A stretch of 63,766 bases of DNA, filler included, from Kipferlia bialata (lineage: Eukaryota), in assembly GCA_003568945.1 (NCBI GenBank). It is 5 parts of 5 records of this genome, joined end to end, with 100 filler letters (N's around TTAATTAATTAA, not from the genome) between each part and the next. Parts side by side here need not be neighbours in the genome. Positions count along the whole stretch, not along the records: positions 1 to 15,844 come from BDIP01000430.1; positions 15,945 to 35,257 come from BDIP01000431.1; 3 more parts are not named here. One strand, 5' to 3'. Both the position numbers and the translations under genes were made by a program. Numbering within the stretch: the stretch's first letter is position 1; the number at the start of each line of letters is the position of its first letter. Below are positions 13,025 to 25,143 of this stretch, in pieces. The notes beneath the pieces are model-generated. The model was not told the DNA's origin, made no database searches, and was given only the letters and a program-made list of their open reading frames with translations.

Positions 13025-15783
13025 TCACATGTTCTCTGGCCTCTTTACCCTGTACAGCCTACAGAGCCAGTGGGTGGACGTGTACACAGGCTCAAACCGA
13101 GTTAGCGTCACAGGATCCGTCACCATCTGGTTTCGAGTTCTGCGGTGAGAAGAAACGTGAAGTAAACATATACCCCATGGCAACCTGACACCAAAGATGT
13201 GTCCACTCGTATACATCCACCCCCCACCTGTCGTATCCCTTGACATGTCCTGTGGGTAGGTCATTGAACTCATGGAAGGACAGCTTGTACATCAGACTCT
13301 CTCTGAAGCGCTCGGAACCAGCCGAATCTACACGATAGTCACCTGGGAGTGAGAGGGTTATCAAACACATACATCACCTTCACATGTCCGTACCCTTGGC
13401 GTTGTAGAAGTCCCCCTCTCTGATCTCTGGGATGTCTGGGAAGTGCTCCTCCTCGGCCACTCTGGAGGGTGAGGGAGAGAGAGAGAGGGAGAGAGAGCTC
13501 TGTCATACCCATGACCCTAGACAGTATGAGTATACATATGACCCCCCACCTGATGATCCAGAGGAACTTTGATATATCATCGTGCTGTCCAATGACGCCC
13601 CCGAACATGACGAGGACATAGTCCACATCGTACTCGTTGGCCAGCCGCCAGGCCGTCTCCTCATCCGATGCAAACATGGCACCCACCCTGCCCAGCATCG
13701 TGGTGTTCCACGTGTTGTTGTCTACTATCACAGTGCGGTTGGCCATCTGCTCCAGCTGGTACCCGTAGTCCCACCAGGACAGCACCTTGGCTGGGGGTCA
13801 GGGGAGAGAATGTATGGGTGTGGGAGAGAGACAAGGAGAGAGAGAGAGCGAGTCATCCCGTACCGTTGGGGCTGGTGTTGTACTCGAGCCATGCAAATGC
13901 CTCTCTGTAGTCATCCAGGACCATCCTGCCCCCATCCGGCATGGGGGCTATCTGCACAACGGATGGGGAGGAGTATATGTTGGAGGCCCACAGGGCGTGC
14001 TTCTGGAAGGCAAACAGGATGAAGGCGCAGAACCCGACCAGCACAAGGGACCCTAGGAAGAGGTGGGGGCGGGAGGCAGGCTTGTCCCCCTCCTTCTCCT
14101 TCTTGTCCCTCTTGTCCTTCTTGTCCTTCTTGGTCTCCTCGGCCTTGGAGAGAGAGAGAGAGAGGAGCAGGGCAGACCTGTCGAGCAGTCTAGCCAGAAG
14201 GAGACCCCCCAGCAGACAGGCCGCAGGTGCTAGGATGAGGACCATTCTGATCATGACCCCTGAGAAGTACACAGCACACATGCAGTAGAGGGCAAGCATG
14301 GTAGCAGCGTAGGAGGCCTTGGTCGTGAACAGGACGTAGAGGGCAGCAGGCAGGACCAGGGCCAGGAGGTGTGTGTCGAGGAAGAAGGATGCCCATGTGC
14401 TAGGCTGGTGCTCACTGATGGAGGCGATGATGGGGATGTGCTTCTTGGCGTAGGTGGGGTCCAGGAACGTCTTGAACCTGCCTGTCCAGGGGGAGATGGC
14501 CCCGCACAGCATAAGGCCAACTAGCCCACACACAGCAGCACCAACGGCAAAGAGCAGCACCCTGGCAGCGAGGTACCGTACCCTCTCAGCAGACAGGTGC
14601 CTCCTAAGCCAGGTGTATGCCTCAACACCCAGCATCAGCACAAACACACCCGCTGCGGCCATGTGCTCGGCTGTCCTGACTGGCTGTGTGCCGATGAACC
14701 TGATCTGCATGGACAGGAAGATGCCCATGGGGTAGAAGAGGGTGTAGAAGCGGAAGAGGGACTGCCGGAGCCTGCCCTGGGCCAGCATGGCGGTCAAGGC
14801 AAAGAGGGGGACCAGGTTGATGATGAACACATAGGCACCCCAGGAGGAGGCCATGTAGAAGTAGAGGCAGGCGGCCACGGAGGTGAGCAGCAGGGACCCA
14901 CCCTTGACTGCCTTGACCACAGCCAGTAGGACAGCCAGCAGAGCTGTGATGGCCACGGCCTCGTTGTCAAAGGACCCAGCCACAGACCGCTGGATGTAGC
15001 CAGGCACCACAGCCACCAGCACAGCGGCCATCACCCCAGAGGCCTGTGTCCCAAGCTCCGATCCTAGTCCGTATGCGCAGAGAGAGGTGACCCCGCTGAA
15101 GACGGGGGCCACAAACACACACACACTCCTGACACGGAAGGGGAGGCCTGCAATGTCCAGCACCTTGTGCAGGGCACCCGCAGTCAACATCAGACCTAGG
15201 GGTAGGGGGTAGAGAGAGAGAGTAGGGGGTAGTATGTGACTACATGCACTGGACTGCCTATGACTGTATCATACCTGGGAAGCATGTGGCACCAATGATC
15301 CTGCCCAGGGGGTACCAGGACCTGGGGGTGAGGGGTAGTTGATGTTAGTATGACAAACCAACACCCTGTACCTGTTGTCGAACCACTCCAGGAACTGGGT
15401 CAGGCCCCTCTCCATCAGGTACAGCACAGACCTGGGGGGTAGAGTGGGACGGGGAGAGATGGGGTACCCACAGTATGCGAGTGTGGTATTGTTACAGAAC
15501 AATAATACATCGTGCAGTGCTGAAGCAACTGTCTACTTACAGCGATAGGGGCATGGTTAGCATGTATTAGTGTCATGAACACGTGTCGACCCTGACCCAT
15601 GGGGAGAGGGTCGGTACCGGTATCGGTGCAGACACAATCAAGGTACACATACCTGTATGCAAAGAAGGGATCAAACTCGTGGATAACACTCTCGTATCTG
15701 ACAATGGAGAGCAGACGCACGGTAAAGGCGAGCAGGAAGCACAGTCCCAGGATCACAAACCTGAGTTGAGAATAGGCCAGCTG
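13025..15783 (-). CDS. STT3: Oligosaccharyltransferase catalytic subunit STT3 (5' end lost at contig edge)
   Basis: [90 protein letters not shown] (DK motif), C-terminal GYDRTRN...[14 protein letters not shown]; stop at 13025. Confidence 0.97.
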
Positions 15784-15844
15784 ATAACTGGGACAAGGGG
15801 AGGGGGGGGGGGGGGGGGGGGGGGGAAAACCAAAAAGAAAACGC

Positions 15845-15944
15845 NNNNNNNNNNNNNNNNNNNNNNNNNNNNNNNNNNNNNNNNNNNNTTAATTAATTAA
15901 NNNNNNNNNNNNNNNNNNNNNNNNNNNNNNNNNNNNNNNNNNNN
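15845..15944. other. Artificial contig linker (N44-TTAATTAATTAA-N44)
   Basis: Exactly 100 nt with stops in all six frames; the same spacer recurs four times. Confidence 0.97.
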
Positions 15945-15968
15945 GTATATTCAGTATATATAGTATAG

Positions 15969-16024
15969 GTGTGGTGACACCTGACCTGGCAGACATACCA
16001 TGGCACCCATTCTTGCTGTTGAGG

Positions 16025-16058
<34 letters not shown>

Positions 16059-16207
16059 CGTTTATGTATTTGAGTATATATGTATAGTATCTATCCTTGC
16101 CATAAATGTGCCCACCTCCTGAGACAGACTACATCTCTCTCTCTCTCTCTCTCTCTTTCTCTCCCTGTCCTTACCCCAGGTGTGCCCAGTTACTGAGACA
16201 GACTACA

Positions 16208-16242
<35 letters not shown>

Positions 16243-19200
16243 GTCCTTACCCCAGGTGTGCCCAGTTACTGAGACAGGCTGCATCTCTATCTCTCTCTCT
16301 CTCTCTCTCTTATGTGTATAGTATGTAGTATATTCATGTCTATCCTTACCCCAGGTGTGCCCAGCTTCTGAGACAGGCTGCAGATGTCGAGGTGCTGCTA
16401 CAGACACTGCCAGTCACAGGTGGGTGTGCATATATAGATATGTAAATATGGATACATGTATGGATATGTATATGTGTGTGTACATAGTTACCTCACCCTT
16501 AGGCCTTGACTCCTCTGCCCTCGGTGTGTCCATGAGCCAGATTGTACAGTGCGTGGAGGAGATGAAGGTACCTAATATTGTGGTGTAAACACCATATGTT
16601 GTTATTATATGGTATAATACATATACACTATGTTGTATTATATATGAGCCAGATTGTACAGTGCGTGGAGGAGATGAAGGTATATATACTACTGTATTAC
16701 TCTTTATATATATATATATATAGTACTTAATAATTTGTGATTCTTTGAATGAGTATAAAATAATGAGAAAGATAATATGCGATGAGATGAAGGTATGGTA
16801 TATATGTATATAATTGTATTGTAATGTATATATATACTATACTGTATTATATATACTATATTGTATTATATATGAGTCAGATTGTACAGTGCGTGGAGGA
16901 GATGAAGGTATGCCACTGATACAGTGTCTCTCTCTGCCTCTCTCTACACCCCTTATTTCCAGGTTGCCTATGCCCCTGTCCAGCGCAAGGGCCTCTCTCT
17001 CTCTGCCCCCAAGCCGAAGGTACCCACATATCTCTCTCTCTCGTTTTTAAAATTAATATCTTCTAACCCCTCCAGGCTGAGGACAGCACCGCCCCTAACA
17101 TCACCTATATACATATCATCTATAGTCTTTACATTACTTATCTATATATACTCTTACTCTCTCTCTATATATATATGTATCTATATCTCACTCTGTAGGC
17201 TGAGGACTCCACCGCCCCCAACCTCACCTATGTATATATAGTATATAGTGTCTATACTTACGTATATATCGACTCTTACTCCCTCCCCCTCTCTATATAT
17301 ATAAGTATATACTTTTATATATGTATATATATCTCACTCTGTAGGCTGAGGACACCACCGCCCCCAACCTGACCTTTGCCAATGTCCTGCTAGGGATGCA
17401 CAGGAGCCTGTTGCCTAGGTATATACATATATAGAATGTATATTAATACTATTATATTATATATACTATATATATATATGGATAGCTATTGTATCGTACA
17501 ATGTCCTGCTGGGCATGCACAGGAGCCTGTTGCCAAGGTACATTGCATTTATTATGATAAATACTGTATATAATATGTACTATATATACATATAGTGTCT
17601 ACAATGTCCTGCTGGGCGTGCACAGGAGCCTATTGCCAAGGTATATAGTGTATACGTTATATAATACTGTATATATTATGTGTACTATGTATGTATTAAT
17701 AAGTTAAATGTCCTGCTGGGTATGCACAGGAGTCTATTGCCTAGGTAATAACCCCTAACAGGCCATATCAACATTGACCGTGTACTCTCTCCACCGCATA
17801 TATGCATCTCTTACGGTCAGAGTTGAACTAGTCACCTTGCTGACCATGTAATGCACATTTACTCTATACATATATTTATTGCATACCATATACTCTAAGG
17901 AGCTTGTCACACTGTTGACCTCCCCCTCTCTGCAGCACAGACACCATACATATAGTATTCATATTTACTATATATACTACTAACCCCTCTCTTACCCCTA
18001 GAGTTGAGTTGGTTACCTTATTGACCTCCCCCTCTCTGCAGCACAGACACCTGGATGTGCTGGAGAGTGAGAGTGGACTACCAGTGCTAAGACTGGCTCA
18101 GGTATGTGTTTATGTATATATAGTGTGATTTGAATACACTGCTGCTATGCTATATACACCTCGCCCCCCCCTCTCACCTCTCAGGTCACCAATGCTTCTC
18201 TCTCTCTCTCTCTACACCCCTAATCTCCCAGGTCACCACCGCAGAGCTTGTGCTGGCCGGTGCCTTCTCCCAGATGGGACCCATCAAGGTATCGTCTACA
18301 TGTCTATGCTACATGGTATAGTCTTTATGTATATGTATATCTGTCTTTATGTTTGTGTTTCTCTGTATGTCTGTCTATATGTTTGACTATGGGTTGGAGC
18401 CTTCTCACAGATGGGACCCATCAAGGTACTATCTCTCTCTCTCTCTCTCTTTAACTGTTCCCTGAGTATTTGTACACAAGTCGTCTCTCTCTCCCTCTAC
18501 CCCCTTAATGTGTCAGGAGACTGTGGATACAGCCAATGCAATTTTTCTCTCTCTCCCTCTTCCTAAACCCCTAATTCTCTCCCTTTACACCCCTAATATG
18601 TCAGGAGACTGTGGATACAGCCAATGCAGAGGCCGAGGTGGACTCCAGACTAGATCAGTGCCAGGTATATACATACCTATATACATACATTCGTATATAT
18701 ATACCCGTGCCTGGTGACTCTATATCAATATATACATACTTATACAATAATATATATTTAGTGAATACTATATATATAGCCGAGATGGACTCCAGACTAG
18801 ATCAGTGCCAGGTATTGTACAGTGTTTGCAAATACCCCCCTCGTATTTCTCTTCAGGCTGTCTCAGTATTTCTCTCTCTTCCCCTCTACACCCTTATTTC
18901 CAGGCAGTCATGGCCAAGTGGACTGCAGACGTCAACGTTACCCGGGTACGGATACTAAATACATACTGTAGTATACACTATATATGTGTATATACAATAG
19001 TATCAGTATCAGTATATATTCTATGGTATTTATATATGTCGCAGGGTTACGGAACTACTCTCTCCTCGTACATTCCCATAATTTTCCCCTGTCTCCTTGA
19101 TTATCTCTCCCTCTCTCTCTCTCTACACCCTTATTCCCAGGGAGGTGACAATGACTTTGGTGGATTCCGTCTGCCACAGGGACTGTTCAAGACTCTAAGG

Positions 19201-19809
19201 TATATATTGCATAATTCTCAATTGTATATAGTAGTAACTGTATCTATGTATACTAACCCCAGGTCCATCGCCCTGTATGTCCAGAAGGATGTCGGGTCTC
19301 ACTACGCAGTGCCCATCACCACAAGGCAAGGAGATATATGGATACATATATATATATAAATAGATATACTTCTCTCTTTTCTCTCTCTCTCTATCATTCA
19401 GTGTATTTTCCGATTCCTCTCATATTGCACATTTCCTCTCTCTCTCTCTCTCTCTCTAGACCCTCTATTTACCCCAGAGCCCGTAAGGTTGAGCACAATG
19501 TGCTGTGGGCACTACACACANNNNNNNNNNNNNNNNNNNNNNNNNNNNNNNNNNNNNNNNNNNNNNNNNNNNNNNNNNNNNNNNNNNNNNNNNNNNNNNN
19601 NNNNNNNNCTTTATTTACCCCAGAGCCCGTAAGGTTGAGCACAATGTGCTGTGGGCACTACACTCTGCATCGATGCTCCATTACACACAGCAGTACTTGA
19701 AGGTATATTCACTCTATTTATTAGTATATGTATACTATCCAGTTATATGTATTATATGCATACCTCCATTCTGCATCGATGCTCCATTATACACAGCAGT
19801 ACTTGAAGG

Positions 19810-19843
<34 letters not shown>

Positions 19844-20404
19844 CACACACACACACATATATATATATATGTATATGTATATATACAATATGTGCCACTA
19901 TGTACCTCCACTCTGCATCGATGCTCCATTACACACAGCAGTACCTGAAGGTTTGTTCATAGCATATTCCAGCATGTTAGTGTTCTATATGTCTCTCTCT
20001 CTCTATATATGATTACTGTAATGTATAGCTCCAGATTGCTGCTGTAACAATGCAGTGTATATGTATATTACTTTACCAAGTATTTATATAGATATGTATG
20101 CATATATACTATTGTATCATAGTGTATATCTAACCCCCAGATGGCTGCTGTTCTAATGGCCAACAATGCTGAGTTTGACGCATACTACGTCAACGCATTG
20201 TCCAAGTGGTGAGTGGTGTATAGATGCATGTATTAATTATACATATCAAGTATTGTTTTAGTAGTTCTGTAGCGCAATTCCACTTTTTGTGTGGAGTGAA
20301 GAAGTACATTGTGTTTATGTACTCTCTCTTCATATTTCTTTTGCAAATTCATCTAATGCCTTAGGTACAACATCAAGAAGAGCAATGCCAGACGGGCCAA
20401 GACT

Positions 20405-20443
<39 letters not shown>

Positions 20444-21691
20444 GTACTATGTGGTCTATAGTGTATATATAACACCCAGGTACAACATCAAGAAGAGCAA
20501 TGCGAGACGTGTATAAATGTATATATATAGTACAATGCGATGGTGTATAACACCCAGGTACAACATCAAGAAGAGCAACGCCAGACTGGTGTGTCCGGAT
20601 GCATTTATATATATATATTTATTTACCCCATCTTACTCCCAGGTACAACATCAAGAAGAGCAATGCCAGACGGGCCAAGAAGTATATTTCGTATATGCTC
20701 TCTCCATATTTCTTGTATAATTGTTTCAAATATCCACTCTCTCTCTCTCTCTCTCCCTCTCTATCTAATACCTTAGGTACAATATCAAGAAGAGCAATGC
20801 CAGACGGGCCAAGACCAGACTGCTGGATGTGCTGCTAGATACAGACTTAACAGAGAACCTGCAGGTATTGTTCATGTATTTAGACTATATGATATATGAA
20901 CACTGTATGATGTAGTATATATAGTGTATACATCCTGACCAGACTGCTGGATGTACTGCTAGATACAGACTTAACAGAGAATCTACAGGTATATACTTGT
21001 ATATATATATATATATATACTATATAGTGTATACATCCTGACCAGACTGCTGGATGTATTGCTAGATACAGATCTGACAGAGAACCTGCAGGTATATACT
21101 TGTGTATATATATATATATACATACTAGATAGTGTATACTATATAGTGTATACATCCTGACCAGACTGCTGGATGTGCTGCTAGATACAGACCTGACAGA
21201 GAATCTACAGGTGAGTATATATATAGTATAAGATAGATACAGACCTGACAGAGAATCTACATGTATATACTTTATATATATATATATATATATAAGTACT
21301 ATATAGTGTATACATCTACAGGTATATACTTGTATACATACATATATATATATATATAAGTACTATATAGTGTATACATCCTGACCAGACTGCTGGATGT
21401 GTTATTGGATACAGACTTAACAGAGAACCTGCAGGTATTTGTAAAATATTTAGTACATTACTATATGGTATGAACACCGTATGATACACCTGTAGTATAT
21501 ATACTGATACACCTGTTGTATATAGTGTATATATATATATGCCAGACTGCTGGATGTGCTATTGGACACAGACCTCACTGAGAACCTGCAGGTGACTAAC
21601 TGGATATAATATTTATGTATATCAGTACAAGTGATCATGTCTCTAACAATAGGGTGTCATCTCCTCCATATCCCCAGTCATCAGGTTCATC

Positions 21692-21727
<36 letters not shown>

Positions 21728-22846
21728 TCTAGGGTGTCATATCGAGTATCTCCCCTGTGATCAGGTTCATCCAGTCCCATAGACACATGTATATATATGG
21801 ATATACAGTGCATATATATATATTAGTTATTATCTCTCATCTGTAGGGCGTTATCTCCTCCATCTCCCCTGTCATTAGGTTCATCCAGTCCCAGAGGTTC
21901 TACCAGTACTACTGTCACCTACACGGACAGGACGGGAGTGCTAGAGGTATACTCATACACTCATATGTATATATATACAATTATGTAGTGTATATCCTAG
22001 TTATGTATACTGTCACCTACACGGACAGGACGGGAGTGCCAGAGGTATGTGTATATATGTACCCATAAGGCTCTCTCTCTCTCTCTCTCTCTCTCTACAC
22101 CCCTAATACATCAGACTATTTTCTTATAGAGTATACTATCTCTCGCTATCCCCCTAATGTGTCAGGTGAGGCTGGGTACAACGACCTCCATGACCTGATG
22201 TGCGTGCCAGACAGAGCCTCATACCTGGAGGTATATATATAGAGTGTATACTGTATATATAGTATAGTGTATAGTATATGTAGTGTATATATATACTGCA
22301 TGACCTGATGTGTGTGCCAGACAGAGCCTCATACCTAGAGGTATATATATAGAGTGTATATACATATGTATATATATAGTATATGTAGTATATATATAGT
22401 GTATAGTATATATATACTGCATGACCTGATGTGTGTGCCAGACAGCATCATACCTAGAGATATATATATATGATTATCTATAGTATCAGACCTTCATACT
22501 AGGATGTATTCGTATTTGTGTAGTTGTATAGTATCAGTATGGAGTAGTGGAGGTTCTCTCTCTTCATCCCTCTCTCTCTCTCTCTCTCTCTCTCTCCCTT
22601 TAGACCCTTACACTTAGCCTGCTGCCTGTAAGGCACCCATGCCCCATCTGCTCCCCTTCATAGAGGAGGGGGAGAGGTTCAACCCCTGTGCACCCCTCTC
22701 TCTGTTCAACATAGACGGGTGAGTAGTGTATATGTATATATATATATATATACTATATACATACTATGTATAGAGACTGGTTCAACCCCTGTGCCCCACT
22801 GTCACTCTTTAACATAGACGGGTATGTAGTATATATATACTACTCT

Positions 22847-22895
<49 letters not shown>

Positions 22896-24405
22896 TCAAC
22901 CCCTGTGCACCCCTGTCCCTGTTCAACATAGACGGGTATGTAGTGTATATGTATATATATATATATATATATAAATTTATACTATGTATGTACTATATGT
23001 ATATACTATAAGAAGGAGAGAGAGGGAGATACTGAGGTTCAACCCCTGTGCCCCTCTCTCACTCTTCAACATAGACGGGTACGCTCTCTCTCTATCTCTT
23101 TCTCTCTCTCTCCCCCTCTATTCTCTTATCCCCAGGTACATTGTGCGTAACATCGACCCCAAGGCACACGTCGACCACAGCCAAGGTATTATATACTACT
23201 ATAATACCATATATATAGGTGCTATACATACATATATTGATATATATATACACACATATACATATATCTGTAATGATGTATATCGACCCCAAGGCACACG
23301 TCGACCACAGCCAAGGTGTGTATGTGATATATACATGTATGAGTGTATAAGTGTCATGCACATGTCTTCTCACCCCAGACTCCTGTGTGTGTATATTCTT
23401 TATCAATGTATTCAATACATATGTGTAAATATTACTGTCTTCTTCTCACCCCAGCCTGGATCACGTGTGATGAGAACTGGGAGATCACTGGTGTGGTATC
23501 TGGGTCGAGAAACCCAGAGAGGGTGGAGGTATGTATATGTATATATATATATATATATTCATAGAGAGAGGGAGAGGAGTGGTATCTGGGTCCAGAAACC
23601 CAAAGAGGGTGGAGGCGGGTTTTTATATGTAGTATTATGTATATTTTGAGTGAGAGGTATGTGTAGTGTATGAGACAGTATATATACATATATACAGCTG
23701 TGGTACCTGGGTCCAGAAACCCAGAGAGAGTGGAGTTATATTCTTGCTAGACTCTAAATAGGTTCCCATACCCATATGCCCTCACCCCAATTTCTTATTA
23801 CCTCTTATTCTCTCCATCTGGCCCCTTATTGCAGGTTCTTCGTCTTGCCAAGCCCGTGGCCGTCACCAGGGCTAGAGGCCTCATCCCAAGGTATGTATAT
23901 GTATATATGTATTATATATATAAATATATATGAGCATATGATAAATATATAGAATACTAGGGGCCTCATCCCAAGGTATCACTCCCTCAAGAATCTCTCT
24001 CTCTCTCTCTCTCTCTCTACCCTCTATATGGGTATCTCTCACCTCTCTCATATATAGACTGGTCAGGGATTGCATAGATAAATGAATTTTGAATTAATAT
24101 TTTAATTAACAATTTAATTAATAACTTAGAATTAATTAGGTGCGATGCGCAGGGACTCTGATACTCTCTCTCTCTCCCTATACATATCTATATATATTAA
24201 ATTATATATACTTACTAATACATAGGCTTGTCAGGGATGGTATCCGTGATGCCATGAGGAAGGACTCCGATGCAGCCATCAATGACCTGAATGTAGGAGA
24301 CATGGACAGTTACTGGAACAAGAGGTTTGTATCACATGTAATAATCTATACTATACATCTATTGATGTTCTTCTACTTACCCCTAGGACCTACCACTCCC
24401 AGTTC

Positions 24406-24448
<43 letters not shown>

Positions 24449-24490
24449 GTATATACACTTACCCCTAGGACATACCACTCCCAGTTCCTT

Positions 24491-24537
<47 letters not shown>

Positions 24538-24926
24538 CTCTCCCTATCTTTGTATACATACTGATCTTCAGGACATACCACTCCCAGTTCCTGGCCCTGG
24601 ACGCATGGCTCCACGAGACACTCAGAAAGGTGTGTATACGTGATAGTGTATATTTATATATTGATTATCATTAAGGTGTGTAAACGTGATAGTATATGTA
24701 GATAATATATAGTATTCGTATATACATACACTATCACGAGACACTCAGAAAGGTGTGTATAATAGAGATAATGGTGTATGACAGTCTTATTAGTTTATAG
24801 ATAGATGGATACTTGTATACTTTCCATAACGAGACACTGAGAAAGGTGTGTATATAGCTGCTCTTCCCCATTTCACTTCGAATATATATGATGTGTCTCT
24901 CGCTCAAAGTGCCAAGGGTGCCATGG

Positions 24927-24980
<54 letters not shown>

Positions 24981-25030
24981 CTCCCTTACCCTAGGTCCTT
25001 GACGCCTCTGGTCCCCTCATGGCCCTACCA
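15969..25030 (+). CDS. Highly divergent dynein heavy chain-like protein, linker (DHC_N2-like) region; partial, many small exons
   Basis: Joined exons read ELVTLLTSPSLQHRHLDVLESESG..VTTAELVLAG..IKETVDTANAEAEVDSRLDQCQAVMAKW..VGSHYAVPI..FIQSQRFYQYYCH..PMPHLLPF..LFNIDG..WEITGVVSG..VEVLRLAKPV..SYWNKRTYHSQ. This follows the order and spacing of the DHC_N2 pattern (L.nP.l..RHW / A..E..+E..L...W / S.y..p / FPRFYF / PHL..F.nI / I.gm.S..E.v...pv), recognised by eye only. Confidence 0.55.
20817..21591 (+). repeat. Six-copy array of exon 3' half (RLLDVLLDTDLTENLQ) plus donor
   Basis: 48-nt copies at 20817, 20941, 21044, 21163, 21387 and 21544, each followed by GT. Confidence 0.95.
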
Positions 25031-25143
25031 GTTTTCTTTTCCAAATTACGATATATATTATTATATATACTCTGTCTTAATCTCCCCATATTACCACTTC
25101 AACCCCCGTGACATCTCTCTCTCTCTCTCTCTCTAATCCTCAG

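Noticed and set aside
15845..15944. TTAATTAATTAA palindrome within Ns (four occurrences)
   Set aside because: Synthetic six-frame-stop contig linker. Gene neighbourhoods across these points are meaningless.
20817..21591. CRISPR-like appearance (repeat plus variable spacer) of echo arrays
   Set aside because: The repeats are exon ends with splice sites, spacers are irregular low-complexity intron DNA, the context is eukaryotic and there are no cas genes.
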